Source: Bacteroidales bacterium (lineage in GTDB: Bacteria; Bacteroidota; Bacteroidia; Bacteroidales; UBA7960). From it: a stretch of DNA of 64,000 nucleotides. Under the pieces are notes generated by a model. That model was not told the DNA's origin, made no database searches, and saw only the letters and a program-made list of their open reading frames with translations. Of the stretch, positions 17,146-25,728 are shown piece by piece. Within the stretch, counting starts at the first letter, position 1. Each line of letters starts with the position of its first letter. Location of the stretch: the NCBI GenBank assembly GCA_041687035.1, contig JAWLCS010000004.1, positions 34,077-98,076 on the forward strand, given 5' to 3'. A program made the position numbers and the translations under genes.

Positions 17146-17473
17146 TCCCTCCTTTTTCGAAAAAGTGTACGAGGTGGTGAGACTGATACCCTATGGGCGC
17201 GTAACCTCTTATGGTGCCATTGCCAGTTATCTTGGCAGCGCCGGCTCCTCGCGCATGGTGGGCTGGGCCATGAACAGCTCTCACAATACTGCAGTATTCG
17301 TTCCTGCCCACAGGGTAGTAAACCGCAACGGCATGCTCACCGGCAAGCACCATTTTGGTGGCCCCAATGTTATGAAACAACTTCTTGAATCGGAAGGCAT
17401 AAAGGTGGAAAATGATAAGATCGTAGAATTCAAAAAGTATTTCTGGAACCCTGCCACTGAATTAAAGTATTGA
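17138..17473 (+). CDS. MGMT-family DNA-binding protein lacking the acceptor cysteine (alkyltransferase-like, ATL)
   Basis: VVRLIPYGRVTSYGAIA...VPAHRVVNRNGMLTG. The canonical PCHRV motif reads PAHRV here. The protein is 111 aa and overlaps trmB by 8 nt. Confidence 0.75.
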   Translation: MANPSFFEKVYEVVRLIPYGRVTSYGAIASYLGSAGSSRMVGWAMNSSHNTAVFVPAHRVVNRNGMLTGKHHFGGPNVMKQLLESEGIKVENDKIVEFKKYFWNPATELKY

Positions 17474-17551
17474 AGTACGCTTTTCTCGTCTCATTTTTCT
17501 GTACAGCAGAAAAAAAAGCATTACTTTTACACAGTCTAAATAAGAATAACC

Positions 17552-18649
17552 GTGAAAATCACAACGGAACAAGTTTTAAATGCTCTGAGTCAGGTTATTG
17601 AGCCCGACCTCAAAAAAGACTTGGTAAGCCTTGGTATGATTCGCGACCTGGAAATCGAAGGAAACCAGGTGCGTTTCTCGGTGGTATTAACCACCCCGGC
17701 CTGCCCCCTGAAGGAGAGTATCAAGAACGCCTGCATTCGGGCCATACACGAGCTGGTAAGTAAAGAAGCAGACGTTACGGTAAACCTCACTGCCAAAGTT
17801 ACCAGCACCCGCAAAAACGATGAGCCCCTGCTCAAAGGTGTTAAAAACATTGTGGCGGTGGCCAGCGGCAAAGGTGGTGTGGGAAAATCGACCATTGCAG
17901 CCAATTTGGCCATTACCCTGGCACGCACCGGCGCAAAAACAGCCCTGGTAGATGCCGACATTTACGGACCCTCCGTACCTTTAATGTTCGAAGCCTTAAA
18001 CGAGCAGCTTTCAGCGGTGGAAATTGACGGCCAAACAAAAGTTATTCCGCTTAAAAAATACGGTGTATCCCTGCTTTCCATAGGCTTTTTTGTGGATGCC
18101 TCGCGGGCGCTGATTTGGCGGGGTCCCATGGCTTCAGGCGCGCTGAAGCAGCTCTTTACCGATGCCGACTGGGGCGAACTCGATTACATGATCGTTGACT
18201 TGCCGCCGGGCACAGGCGACATTCACCTTTCGCTGGTGCAAACCGTGCCCCTTACCGGTGCCGTAATCGTTACCACCCCGCAGGAAGTGGCTCTGGCCGA
18301 CGCCCGCAAGGCGGTGAGCATGTTCTCCAACGAGAACATCCACGTACCCGTGCTGGGCGTGGTAGAAAACATGGCTTGGTTTACTCCAGCCGAACTGCCC
18401 GAGAATAAATATTTCATCTTTGGAAAAGATGGCGGCAAAAGAATGGCCGAAGCCATGAACCTGCCGCTGTTGGGCCAGATTCCCCTAATACAATCGGTAC
18501 GCGAGGCCGGCGACAACGGCAAGCCTGACGTGCTGAACCCTGAAAGCCTGTCAAAACCATATTTTGATAGCCTGGCTGAGAAACTTGCCCAACAAATTTC
18601 CATTTCCAATTCGAAAAAAGAAGGGGTGCAGGCCGCGAAAACAGTTTAA
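17552..18649 (+). CDS. Mrp/NBP35 (ApbC-type) iron-sulfur cluster carrier ATPase
   Basis: GTG start. An N-terminal DUF59-like region is followed by the deviant Walker A AVASGKGGVGKSTIAANLA and then DLPPGTGD. Confidence 0.9.
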   Translation: MKITTEQVLNALSQVIEPDLKKDLVSLGMIRDLEIEGNQVRFSVVLTTPACPLKESIKNACIRAIHELVSKEADVTVNLTAKVTSTRKNDEPLLKGVKNIVAVASGKGGVGKSTIAANLAITLARTGAKTALVDADIYGPSVPLMFEALNEQLSAVEIDGQTKVIPLKKYGVSLLSIGFFVDASRALIWRGPMASGALKQLFTDADWGELDYMIVDLPPGTGDIHLSLVQTVPLTGAVIVTTPQEVALADARKAVSMFSNENIHVPVLGVVENMAWFTPAELPENKYFIFGKDGGKRMAEAMNLPLLGQIPLIQSVREAGDNGKPDVLNPESLSKPYFDSLAEKLAQQISISNSKKEGVQAAKTV

Positions 18650-18684
18650 AAAAAAATTTAATAAACCATTTAAAACCCGTTTCC

Positions 18685-18924
18685 ATGAACCAGAATGCTG
18701 AATTGATTAAAAAAGTAGAGAATGTAATTGACCAGATTCGTCCTTATTTGCAGGCCGATGGCGGCAATATCCGCTTTGTTGAATTAACCGACGACAATGT
18801 TGTAAACGTTGAATTGCTTGGCGCATGTGGCACCTGCCCCATGAGTACCATGACCCTGAAAAACGGTGTGGAACAAGCCATGAAAAAGGCCATCCCCGAA
18901 ATTAAGGCCGTAGAAGCCATTTAA
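18685..18924 (+). CDS. NifU C-terminal-domain-like Fe-S scaffold protein
   Basis: 79 aa with IRPYLQADGGNIRFVEL...LLGACGTCPMSTMTLKNGVE (CxxC motif). Confidence 0.85.
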   Translation: MNQNAELIKKVENVIDQIRPYLQADGGNIRFVELTDDNVVNVELLGACGTCPMSTMTLKNGVEQAMKKAIPEIKAVEAI

Positions 18925-18939
18925 GCTGGCAATAAACTC

Positions 18940-18980
18940 AAAAAAAGGGCTGAAGGAAAGTACTTTCAGCCCTTTTTTTA
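18940..18980. terminator. Bidirectional rho-independent terminator (nifU-like / nadE convergent pair)
   Basis: aaaaaaagggctgaa-ggaaagtact-ttcagccctttttttt. The stem is 8 bp and is flanked by an A-run and a T-run. Confidence 0.75.
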
Positions 18981-20624
18981 TTCAGGGAACCTGGCCACCA
19001 AAGGCATCTTGCGTCCTGAGCCAAAGGCTTTTTTCGACACCCGGAGTATGGGCGGGGTTTGGTGGCGCTTGTATTCATTATTATTCACCATTCGCAGCAC
19101 CTTCTTAACGAGCTCCATATCATGGCCGCTGGCAGCGATTTCTTCGGGCGACATTTTTCTTTCAATGTATTGAGAAAGAATCTTATCCAGTATCTCGTAA
19201 GGTGGCAGTGAGTCCGTATCGCGCTGATCGGGTTTCAGCTCAGCCGAAGGGGGCTTGTCAATGGTGTTGTATGGAATGACCTCCTTTTCGCGGTTGATAA
19301 AACGCGCCAGGCTGTAAGCTTCGGTTTTGTAAATGTCGCCGATTACAGCCAGCCCGCCACACATATCGCCGTAAAGGGTGCCATAACCTACGGCCGCTTC
19401 GCTCTTGTTCGATGTGTTTAGGAGCACATACCCAAATTTGTTGGCCAATCCCATAAGAATGACCGCCCTTGCCCTGGCCTGCAGGTTTTCTTCGGCAATT
19501 CCGGCTGGGGTTCCCTTAAAGTGAGGCTCGAGCGATTGCTGCAGGGCATCCACTGTTTCATTTATGGAAATAATATCGTAAGGCACACCAAGATTGCGGG
19601 CAAGCAATTTGGCATCGGCCACAGAGTGATCGCTGCTGAAAGGACCGGGAAGCAGCACCGCACGGCAGTTTTCAGGTCCAAGGGCCTCGGCCGCCAGCAC
19701 CAGCGTAAGCGCCGAGTCGAGCCCGCCCGACAAACCCAGAATGGCTTTTTTCAGTCCCAGCTTACCAAAATATTCCTTTATGCCAAACACCAAGGCCCGG
19801 TAAATAATCTCGTTTTTTTCGCTTTCGCTTAAAGTCATTACTGACGCCGGTACTTTGCTGCCTGACACCTCTTCAAGGTCAAACACTTTAATCCCCTCCG
19901 AGAAAGAATCAATGCAACCCACCAGCCCTCCCAGCGGGTTGTAGGCAGCCGACTTTCCGTCGAACAGCAGCTCGGCATGTCCGCCTATCTGGTTGGAAAC
20001 GAATAAGGGCAGTTTATACTTTCGGGCGTTTTCGCTGAAGGTAAAATGGCGGTCGGCCAGATGGCTCCAGGCAAAAGGGGAAGCCGAAATGTTTATCATC
20101 AAATCGGGTTTCTCCTTTATCAGCTCATCCATTGGACTATTGCGATAAAGGGCAGGCTCATCGAGGTTCCACAAGTCTTCGCAAATGGTAAGGGCAATTC
20201 TTTTTCCCCGAAAGGGAATGGTTTTGAAAGATAATGCAGGCTCGAAATACCGGTATTCATCAAACACATCGTAGGTGGGCAAAAGGCCTTTATGGTACAC
20301 CGCCTCTACTAGCCCGTTACTTAAAAGGAATGCCGAGTTCAGCAGCCTTTTGCCAAAGGCTTGGAGATTGCGGCTGGGGCCACCCACGATGGCGGCAATA
20401 TTGTAACAATGAGCGGCAACATTCTTCACGGCCTCTTCGCATTGATCGATAAAATAATCCATTTCGAGCAAGTCGCGCGGCGGATACCCGCAAACCGACA
20501 GTTCGGAAAAGACCACTAAATCAACGCCCCGGCTTTTTGCTTGAGCCAGGGCATCGATCATTAAACGTGTATTGTGTTCAAAATGCCCTACAATAAAATT
20601 TAGTTGGGCAAGGGCAATCTTCAT
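18978..20624 (-). CDS. nadE: Glutamine-dependent NAD+ synthetase
   Basis: The N-terminal nitrilase-like domain (FSELSVCGYPPRDLL, LTICEDLW) is joined to a C-terminal PP-loop (ILGLSGGLDSAL). The protein is 548 aa. Confidence 0.9.
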   Translation of the reverse strand: MKIALAQLNFIVGHFEHNTRLMIDALAQAKSRGVDLVVFSELSVCGYPPRDLLEMDYFIDQCEEAVKNVAAHCYNIAAIVGGPSRNLQAFGKRLLNSAFLLSNGLVEAVYHKGLLPTYDVFDEYRYFEPALSFKTIPFRGKRIALTICEDLWNLDEPALYRNSPMDELIKEKPDLMINISASPFAWSHLADRHFTFSENARKYKLPLFVSNQIGGHAELLFDGKSAAYNPLGGLVGCIDSFSEGIKVFDLEEVSGSKVPASVMTLSESEKNEIIYRALVFGIKEYFGKLGLKKAILGLSGGLDSALTLVLAAEALGPENCRAVLLPGPFSSDHSVADAKLLARNLGVPYDIISINETVDALQQSLEPHFKGTPAGIAEENLQARARAVILMGLANKFGYVLLNTSNKSEAAVGYGTLYGDMCGGLAVIGDIYKTEAYSLARFINREKEVIPYNTIDKPPSAELKPDQRDTDSLPPYEILDKILSQYIERKMSPEEIAASGHDMELVKKVLRMVNNNEYKRHQTPPILRVSKKAFGSGRKMPLVARFPE

Positions 20625-20634
20625 CAGTGTAGGT

Positions 20635-21306
20635 TTAGAACATTATTCCTAAAGTAAGTTCAAGGAAATTGCTGATGGCACTTGGTTTCCTGTTCAGGGC
20701 TTCGTTGGTGCCTTTCAGCACATTGGTGAAGCCATTGTTAAAGGTCACCCCGCCAACCAATGCGGTTCTTCCGCCCAGCGAATACTCAACCCCCAGGCCC
20801 ACAATGAGTGAGGCACGAAACAGGCGGGTATCACCCTTGATATCGTCCTGTTCAACGGTAACGTTGTTATAACTGTCTTTTGATTTGGACCGCAGATTGA
20901 CTCCTGCACCAAAGCCAAACCTGCCGTAATAGGTCAGATAACCGATTTCCTGGGTATGCATTTTTATGGTAAGCGGAATTTCAAGATATTGCAGATTGTA
21001 ATTCCTGCTCAACGCAACCTCAGGTTCGGTAGGTGCTAATAATTCCGGATACAATAGTTTTCCGCCAATAATATTAATATTCAATCCCGTAGAGAAGGCA
21101 TAAAAATCACCCAAAGCCACATCGCTAATAAAGCCATAAGAAAAGCCAAGGCGAACTCCATCCGGCTCATAACCACTGGTTTCGGGCTTCAGCCAAGCCA
21201 CTGAAGGCGATGCTTTTAAACCAAAGCGAAACCCACCCATATCAACAGCCAGCGCCATAGGGGCCAGCATTGCTACCAATAAAACCGACAAGAGTAATTT
21301 TTTCAT
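20635..21306 (-). CDS. Outer-membrane beta-barrel protein (porin/PorT-like family)
   Basis: I used the internal ATG 21306 (MKKLLLSVLLVAMLAPMALA signal). The rest shows alternating beta-strand patterning and ends in an aromatic residue (...LGIMF). Confidence 0.6.
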   Translation of the reverse strand: MKKLLLSVLLVAMLAPMALAVDMGGFRFGLKASPSVAWLKPETSGYEPDGVRLGFSYGFISDVALGDFYAFSTGLNINIIGGKLLYPELLAPTEPEVALSRNYNLQYLEIPLTIKMHTQEIGYLTYYGRFGFGAGVNLRSKSKDSYNNVTVEQDDIKGDTRLFRASLIVGLGVEYSLGGRTALVGGVTFNNGFTNVLKGTNEALNRKPSAISNFLELTLGIMF

Positions 21307-21411
21307 AATTTTGACATTTATAATTACATACAATATTAACCATTATTTTTTATTTTTTGCGCTTTCAAAAAGCCTAGTTTTGGCATTTAAACCAAAAATT
21401 CTTTTACCAGC

Positions 21412-22431
21412 ATGAAAATCAGAACCCTATTTCTTTCCGGAATTCCCTTATTTATATTTTTGGCCGTCGCCTTTGTTTCGTGTGGTGGTTTTGGAAAAAA
21501 GCCTCATTACCAAGCCGATATTTCGGGCATCAGTATCGATCCCGTTTCTATAGGACGTTACGAGGAAGTGCTTTTCAACCTCAACCCATACACCCTCAAG
21601 GAGGATATCGAACCCTTCATCGACCGCTTCTTCATTTTTCTGGGTGATGAAATAAATACTGAGGCCGGCCAGCAGCAACTATTTGATTATATTACCGACC
21701 CGCAAACCCGCGAATTATACCTCGATACCAGGGAGGTTTGGCCCGGGGTAGAAAGCCTTGAAAAAGAGCTGACCACTGCATTCAGGTATTATAAATACCA
21801 TTACCCGAATCATCCCTTGCCCGGGGTCTTTACTTACATTTCGGGACTGGACTACAACTACCCTGTTAAATATTACGAAAATACCATGGTGATTGGCCTC
21901 GACATGTACCTGGGCAAAGATTATCATTATTATCCCAAGGTTGGGGTGCCGGCTTATCAAACCTTTGGCATGCAGCCGCCTTTTGTGGCCATCGACGTGA
22001 TGAAAATGCTGGGAGAGAAACATTTGCAGGAAGTCACCGCCATGCCCGAACGCTTTCTCGACTTTATGATATACGAAGGCAAAGTGCTGTATTTTCTCGA
22101 CTGTATGTTGCCTCAGCATCACGACACCTTGAAAATTGCTTACAACAACGAACAGTTGCGATGGCTGCAAGCCAACATGGGGCGCGTTTGGTCGTATTTT
22201 CTCGAAAACGAAATGCTTTACTCGAGTGACCGGCAGATTATTATCAAGTTTATTGGCGATGCCCCTTTTACAGCCCCATTCACACGAAATGCCCCCCCGC
22301 GAACGGCAGCATTTATTGGCTGGCAAATAGTGAGGGAGTACATGAAGAAAAATCAGGATCTTTCCCTGCAAGACTTATTCAGGGAGCATGATTCGCAGAA
22401 GATACTAAACCGTTCGGGATTCAGGCCATGA
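21412..22431 (+). CDS. gldB: Gliding-motility lipoprotein GldB-like
   Basis: A lipobox (AFVSCGG) is present. The body (LDMYLGKDYHYYP... EQLRWLQANMGRVWSYFLENEMLYSSD... AAFIGWQIVREYMKKNQDLSLQDLF) resembles Flavobacterium GldB as I recall it. I also recall nadE-gldB synteny from flavobacteria. Confidence 0.65.
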   Translation: MKIRTLFLSGIPLFIFLAVAFVSCGGFGKKPHYQADISGISIDPVSIGRYEEVLFNLNPYTLKEDIEPFIDRFFIFLGDEINTEAGQQQLFDYITDPQTRELYLDTREVWPGVESLEKELTTAFRYYKYHYPNHPLPGVFTYISGLDYNYPVKYYENTMVIGLDMYLGKDYHYYPKVGVPAYQTFGMQPPFVAIDVMKMLGEKHLQEVTAMPERFLDFMIYEGKVLYFLDCMLPQHHDTLKIAYNNEQLRWLQANMGRVWSYFLENEMLYSSDRQIIIKFIGDAPFTAPFTRNAPPRTAAFIGWQIVREYMKKNQDLSLQDLFREHDSQKILNRSGFRP

Positions 22432-23046
22432 TTACCCAAGGCCTTCGGCAACATAACTCTGATTGAATGATTCGATAAGGGCGAGCAGCTCTCCACGGCC
22501 AAGGTTAGCTTCACTGCTGGTAACCACATGCGGAGGCAGCGGCTCCCATTGTTCCGACAAAATTTTCATGTATTGCGCAACGGCCGACTGCCGCTGATTA
22601 TGCGTAAGCTTATCGGCTTTGGTAAAAACAATGTAAAAAGGAATTTGCCTGCTACCCATCCAAGCCATAAACTCCAGGTCGTTTTTCTGGGGTTCGTGCC
22701 TTATGTCGATAAGCAAAAAAGAACAAACCAGGTTGGAACGCTTCAGCAAAAAGTTGCGGATCATATTATCCCACTTGCGCTTGATTTTTAATGGCACTTT
22801 TGCGAAGCCAAAGCCGGGAAGGTCGGTAAGGAACCACGAATCGTTAATCAAAAAATGATTGATTAGCTGGGTTTTGCCCGGCGTACCTGAAATCTTGGCC
22901 AGTTTACCATGAGCCGTTATCATGTTTATGAGCGAAGACTTGCCCACATTCGACCTTCCGATAAAAGCATACTCAGGAAGTGTTGATTCGGGGCACTCAC
23001 TCAACGAAGTTGAGCTTTTGATAAATTCGGCCGTACGGATTACCAT
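22432..23046 (-). CDS. engB: Ribosome-biogenesis GTPase EngB (YihA/YsxC)
   Basis: G1 GRSNVGKSSLIN, G3 DLPGFGFA and G4 TKADK are all present. Confidence 0.9.
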   Translation of the reverse strand: MVIRTAEFIKSSTSLSECPESTLPEYAFIGRSNVGKSSLINMITAHGKLAKISGTPGKTQLINHFLINDSWFLTDLPGFGFAKVPLKIKRKWDNMIRNFLLKRSNLVCSFLLIDIRHEPQKNDLEFMAWMGSRQIPFYIVFTKADKLTHNQRQSAVAQYMKILSEQWEPLPPHVVTSSEANLGRGELLALIESFNQSYVAEGLG

Positions 23047-23082
23047 TTCAATGTTTTACAAGCCAGATAAGCCTGGTGAAAA

Positions 23083-24036
23083 TCAGTCTATATTTTTTGA
23101 TTCGATATAACTTTTTACGTAGCGCTCAATCTTTCCCTCATGAATGTCGGCAATGGTAATCAGAATGCCTGTTTCTTCCACTCCGCCAAACCCTTCGTTA
23201 ATCGCTGTGCCAAAGGTTTTCATGGTGGAGCTAAGGGCGCTGTATGCGCTTATGAGCGGCGGAATATTCTCTTTGAGCTTTCTTACTTCTTTTGATAATA
23301 GCTTGTAGTTTTCTTCCTGGGTATGGGCGGTAAAAACCTTCTCTAGTTTTTCAACAGGAGTTTGAAGCTGAATGGGCTTTAAAGGATAAACCAGTTTATC
23401 GGGATCGGGGAAAAACCTGCCCAGGAAATAGAGAATCAGGTCGCGTGCATACACATTGAAATGGGTGTACATGGTCACCTTTCCGAAGAAATAGCGCACA
23501 TCCTGATGGTCCACAATTAGGGTACCCAAGCCATCCCACAAATTATCGAGCGAGTAAATGCTTTTGCGGTTTTCGCGCGCGGGCTGATAAGCAGGTTGAA
23601 CAAAGGAACGGCCCAGCTCAATAGTGTAGGGCATGTATTCAGAAAGAAACTTTTCGGAAAATCGGAACATCCCGGATGTGGCAAGTTTAGGAACACCAAG
23701 GCTGTCGATAGGAGCGTTTTTGCACAAGATATACCTGTAACCCCCGAGAATCTCCTCGGCTGATGGATCCCAAACGATCAGCTGCTCATAAGGATTGGCA
23801 CCGGTATCGTAGTTGTCGATGTCGAGCGCCTTGCCGGTGCCTCCGCCGGCTGTGCGAAAGGAAAGCTCGCGCAGCCTGCCAATTTCGCGCATTACATTGG
23901 GCGAATTGTTGGCGTTCACCACATATATTTCATTGGAAGCATTGTTGGTGTTTCGCAGAAACCGCTCCCTGGTAAGTTCAGCTTTTAGCAGATCCCTATC
24001 TACGGGTGGGATCAGGCCTTCTTCCAACTCCTTCAT
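23083..24036 (-). CDS. OlsB/GlsB-like GNAT-fold N-acyltransferase (amino-acid lipid synthesis, 'hemolysin-like')
   Basis: GRLRELSFRTAGGGTGKALDIDNYD...EQLIVWDPSAEEILGGYRY matches the OlsB-family pattern LRE-x-FR...G-x-G...D-x-D-x-(F/Y)D...W. It is paired with an acyltransferase immediately upstream. Confidence 0.7.
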   Translation of the reverse strand: MKELEEGLIPPVDRDLLKAELTRERFLRNTNNASNEIYVVNANNSPNVMREIGRLRELSFRTAGGGTGKALDIDNYDTGANPYEQLIVWDPSAEEILGGYRYILCKNAPIDSLGVPKLATSGMFRFSEKFLSEYMPYTIELGRSFVQPAYQPARENRKSIYSLDNLWDGLGTLIVDHQDVRYFFGKVTMYTHFNVYARDLILYFLGRFFPDPDKLVYPLKPIQLQTPVEKLEKVFTAHTQEENYKLLSKEVRKLKENIPPLISAYSALSSTMKTFGTAINEGFGGVEETGILITIADIHEGKIERYVKSYIESKNID

Positions 24037-24062
24037 TTTTCTTTCTCAGTTTTTTGGAATCG

Positions 24063-24932
24063 TTAAACCTTAAACTGCAAGTTACCCCCGGGCAAACTGT
24101 AAACGTGCGCTTTCATGCGGTCAGCCCACTGCTGATGGGTTAGCTCCTTAGTAAAGGTAGCATATGATACAGGTTCGCCAAAGGTAATCGTAATTTTTTT
24201 GTTTTTCTGCTTGAACATTTCGTCAGGCAGGTAAAGCATTTCAATGTTTGCCTTAATTCTTAGCCGTTTCCGCCAGCGGGCAAGGTTGTAAAAAAACGAT
24301 GAGTTTTCACCATCGATATGCACCGGTATAATGTCTCGCTGGTATTTAATGGCTTTGGTAATAAAAGTCTTTTTCCAATCCAGGTCAGAAATGCCGCCTT
24401 TTTGCTTACGCGAAACCAACCCCGCCGGAAAAACCAGTACCACTTCATCTGAGCTGAAAAGCGCATCCATAATGCGCACCGTTTCGTGGGTACTGCGACC
24501 ATGCTTGTTTACCGGCACAAACAGCTCACGCAAGTTGGGTATTTCAAGCAAAATATCGTTGGCCAGAAATTTCAGGTCGGGGCGTTTCTTGCCAACAACC
24601 TGCATCAGCGCCATACCATCCATTCCGCCAAGCGGATGATTGCCTGCAATGATATACCTTCCCTGTTCCGGCACGTTTTCAAAGTTTCTGGCTTCAATCT
24701 CCACCCCAAACTCATTCAAAAGTACATGATCCAGAAATTCCACGTTTTTTTTGTCATGTAACCGTTTCAGGGCTGCATTCAGCTCATCCTGGTGCACAAT
24801 CCGCTCAATATACCGAATCAAAAAACCAGGAATGTAAGGATAGATCTTCCTGCCTTTTTTCCTGAAAACACTGTCCACATTAAGAAAATCCCTAACCTCT
24901 TCCTTCTCTTCGGTCAACTGACTGTCTGTCAT
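24063..24932 (-). CDS. Lysophospholipid (PlsC-type) acyltransferase, GlsA-like O-acyltransferase partner
   Basis: The HX4D motif AGNHPLGGMDG and the VFPAGLVSR motif are present. The protein is 289 aa. Confidence 0.7.
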   Translation of the reverse strand: MTDSQLTEEKEEVRDFLNVDSVFRKKGRKIYPYIPGFLIRYIERIVHQDELNAALKRLHDKKNVEFLDHVLLNEFGVEIEARNFENVPEQGRYIIAGNHPLGGMDGMALMQVVGKKRPDLKFLANDILLEIPNLRELFVPVNKHGRSTHETVRIMDALFSSDEVVLVFPAGLVSRKQKGGISDLDWKKTFITKAIKYQRDIIPVHIDGENSSFFYNLARWRKRLRIKANIEMLYLPDEMFKQKNKKITITFGEPVSYATFTKELTHQQWADRMKAHVYSLPGGNLQFKV

Positions 24933-25182
24933 AAGTTTAAAAATTATAAAAACGCTTTGTTCCCGGACCTGAGCCGTGCCAAAGGCTAACCTTCAAAACA
25001 GTTACACCATTCACAAAATTAAGGATAATTCAGTAAATAACCTTACAACAGCTAATAATCTGTATTCCAAAAACATGTGTTTTAAGTGTAAATGTGTTAA
25101 ATATATTCTTCATTGATTATCAGTCATTTACAAAATTTTTCTTTAAAACAGTGTCTTTAAGGGGCGAAAAGTTATCAACAAT

Positions 25183-25212
25183 GTGGTAAAAAGTGGTAAA
25201 AAGTGGTAAAAA
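25183..25212 (+). promoter_or_regulatory. Three perfect 10-bp direct repeats GTGGTAAAAA, a putative MraZ operator of the dcw promoter
   Basis: atGTGGTAAAAAGTGGTAAAAAGTGGTAAAAAtt lies 40 nt upstream of the mraZ ATG. The GTGG cores recur at exact helical periodicity. A TAtaTTTa -7-like box follows at 25219..25226. Confidence 0.6.
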
Positions 25213-25251
25213 TTGCTTTATATTTACAAACCAAAACCAAAACGTGGGAGA

Positions 25252-25728
25252 ATGACCTATTTGCTAGGAGAATTTGATTGTAAGGTCGATTCCAAAGGCC
25301 GCTTCATGTTGCCCTCCGGCTTGAAAAAGCAACTATCGGAAGGCGACCAGGAGCGTTTTGTCATTAACCGTGGTTTTGAAAGGAACCTTACGCTTTATCC
25401 GCAGAGCGAGTGGCAAAAGATTTCGCGGGAGGTAAACTCGCTGAACCTATACAACAAGAAGAACCGCGAGTTTGTGCGCTACTTCTTCAGGGGCGCCTCC
25501 GAAATCACCCTGGATGCAGCCAGCCGGCTGCTGCTGCCAAAAACCTTGCTAGATTACGCGGGTATTGAAAAGGAAATCGTTCTTTTTGCATACGGACAAA
25601 GGGTTGAGATCTGGGCAAAGGATGTGTATGAGTCGATGATGAACAACGAACCGGAAGACTTTTCCTCTCTGGCAGAGGATGTTATGGGTAAAATAACCAA
25701 TCAATCCGGAAATGAAAGTGTATCATGA
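25252..25728 (+). CDS. mraZ: Transcriptional regulator MraZ
   Basis: I used the internal ATG 25252. The sequence shows the two SpoVT-AbrB-like repeats: YLLGEFDCKVDSKGRFMLPSGLKKQL and LDAASRLLLPKTLLDYAGI. Confidence 0.9.
   Translation: MTYLLGEFDCKVDSKGRFMLPSGLKKQLSEGDQERFVINRGFERNLTLYPQSEWQKISREVNSLNLYNKKNREFVRYFFRGASEITLDAASRLLLPKTLLDYAGIEKEIVLFAYGQRVEIWAKDVYESMMNNEPEDFSSLAEDVMGKITNQSGNESVS

Noticed and set aside
17494-17514. AT-only hairpin tttttctg-tacag-cagaaaaa after the ATL gene, considered as a terminator
   Set aside because: The stem is nearly all A-U with only two G-C pairs, and the U-tract is part of the stem itself. It is too weak to call.
25077-25097. Three GTGT cores (GTGTtttaaGTGTaaatGTGTt) about 100 bp upstream of the GTGGTAAAAA boxes, considered as extra MraZ sites
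   Set aside because: The spacing is 9 and 8 bp, not helical-period. The cores differ from GTGG and the region is generally AT-rich, so this is probably chance.
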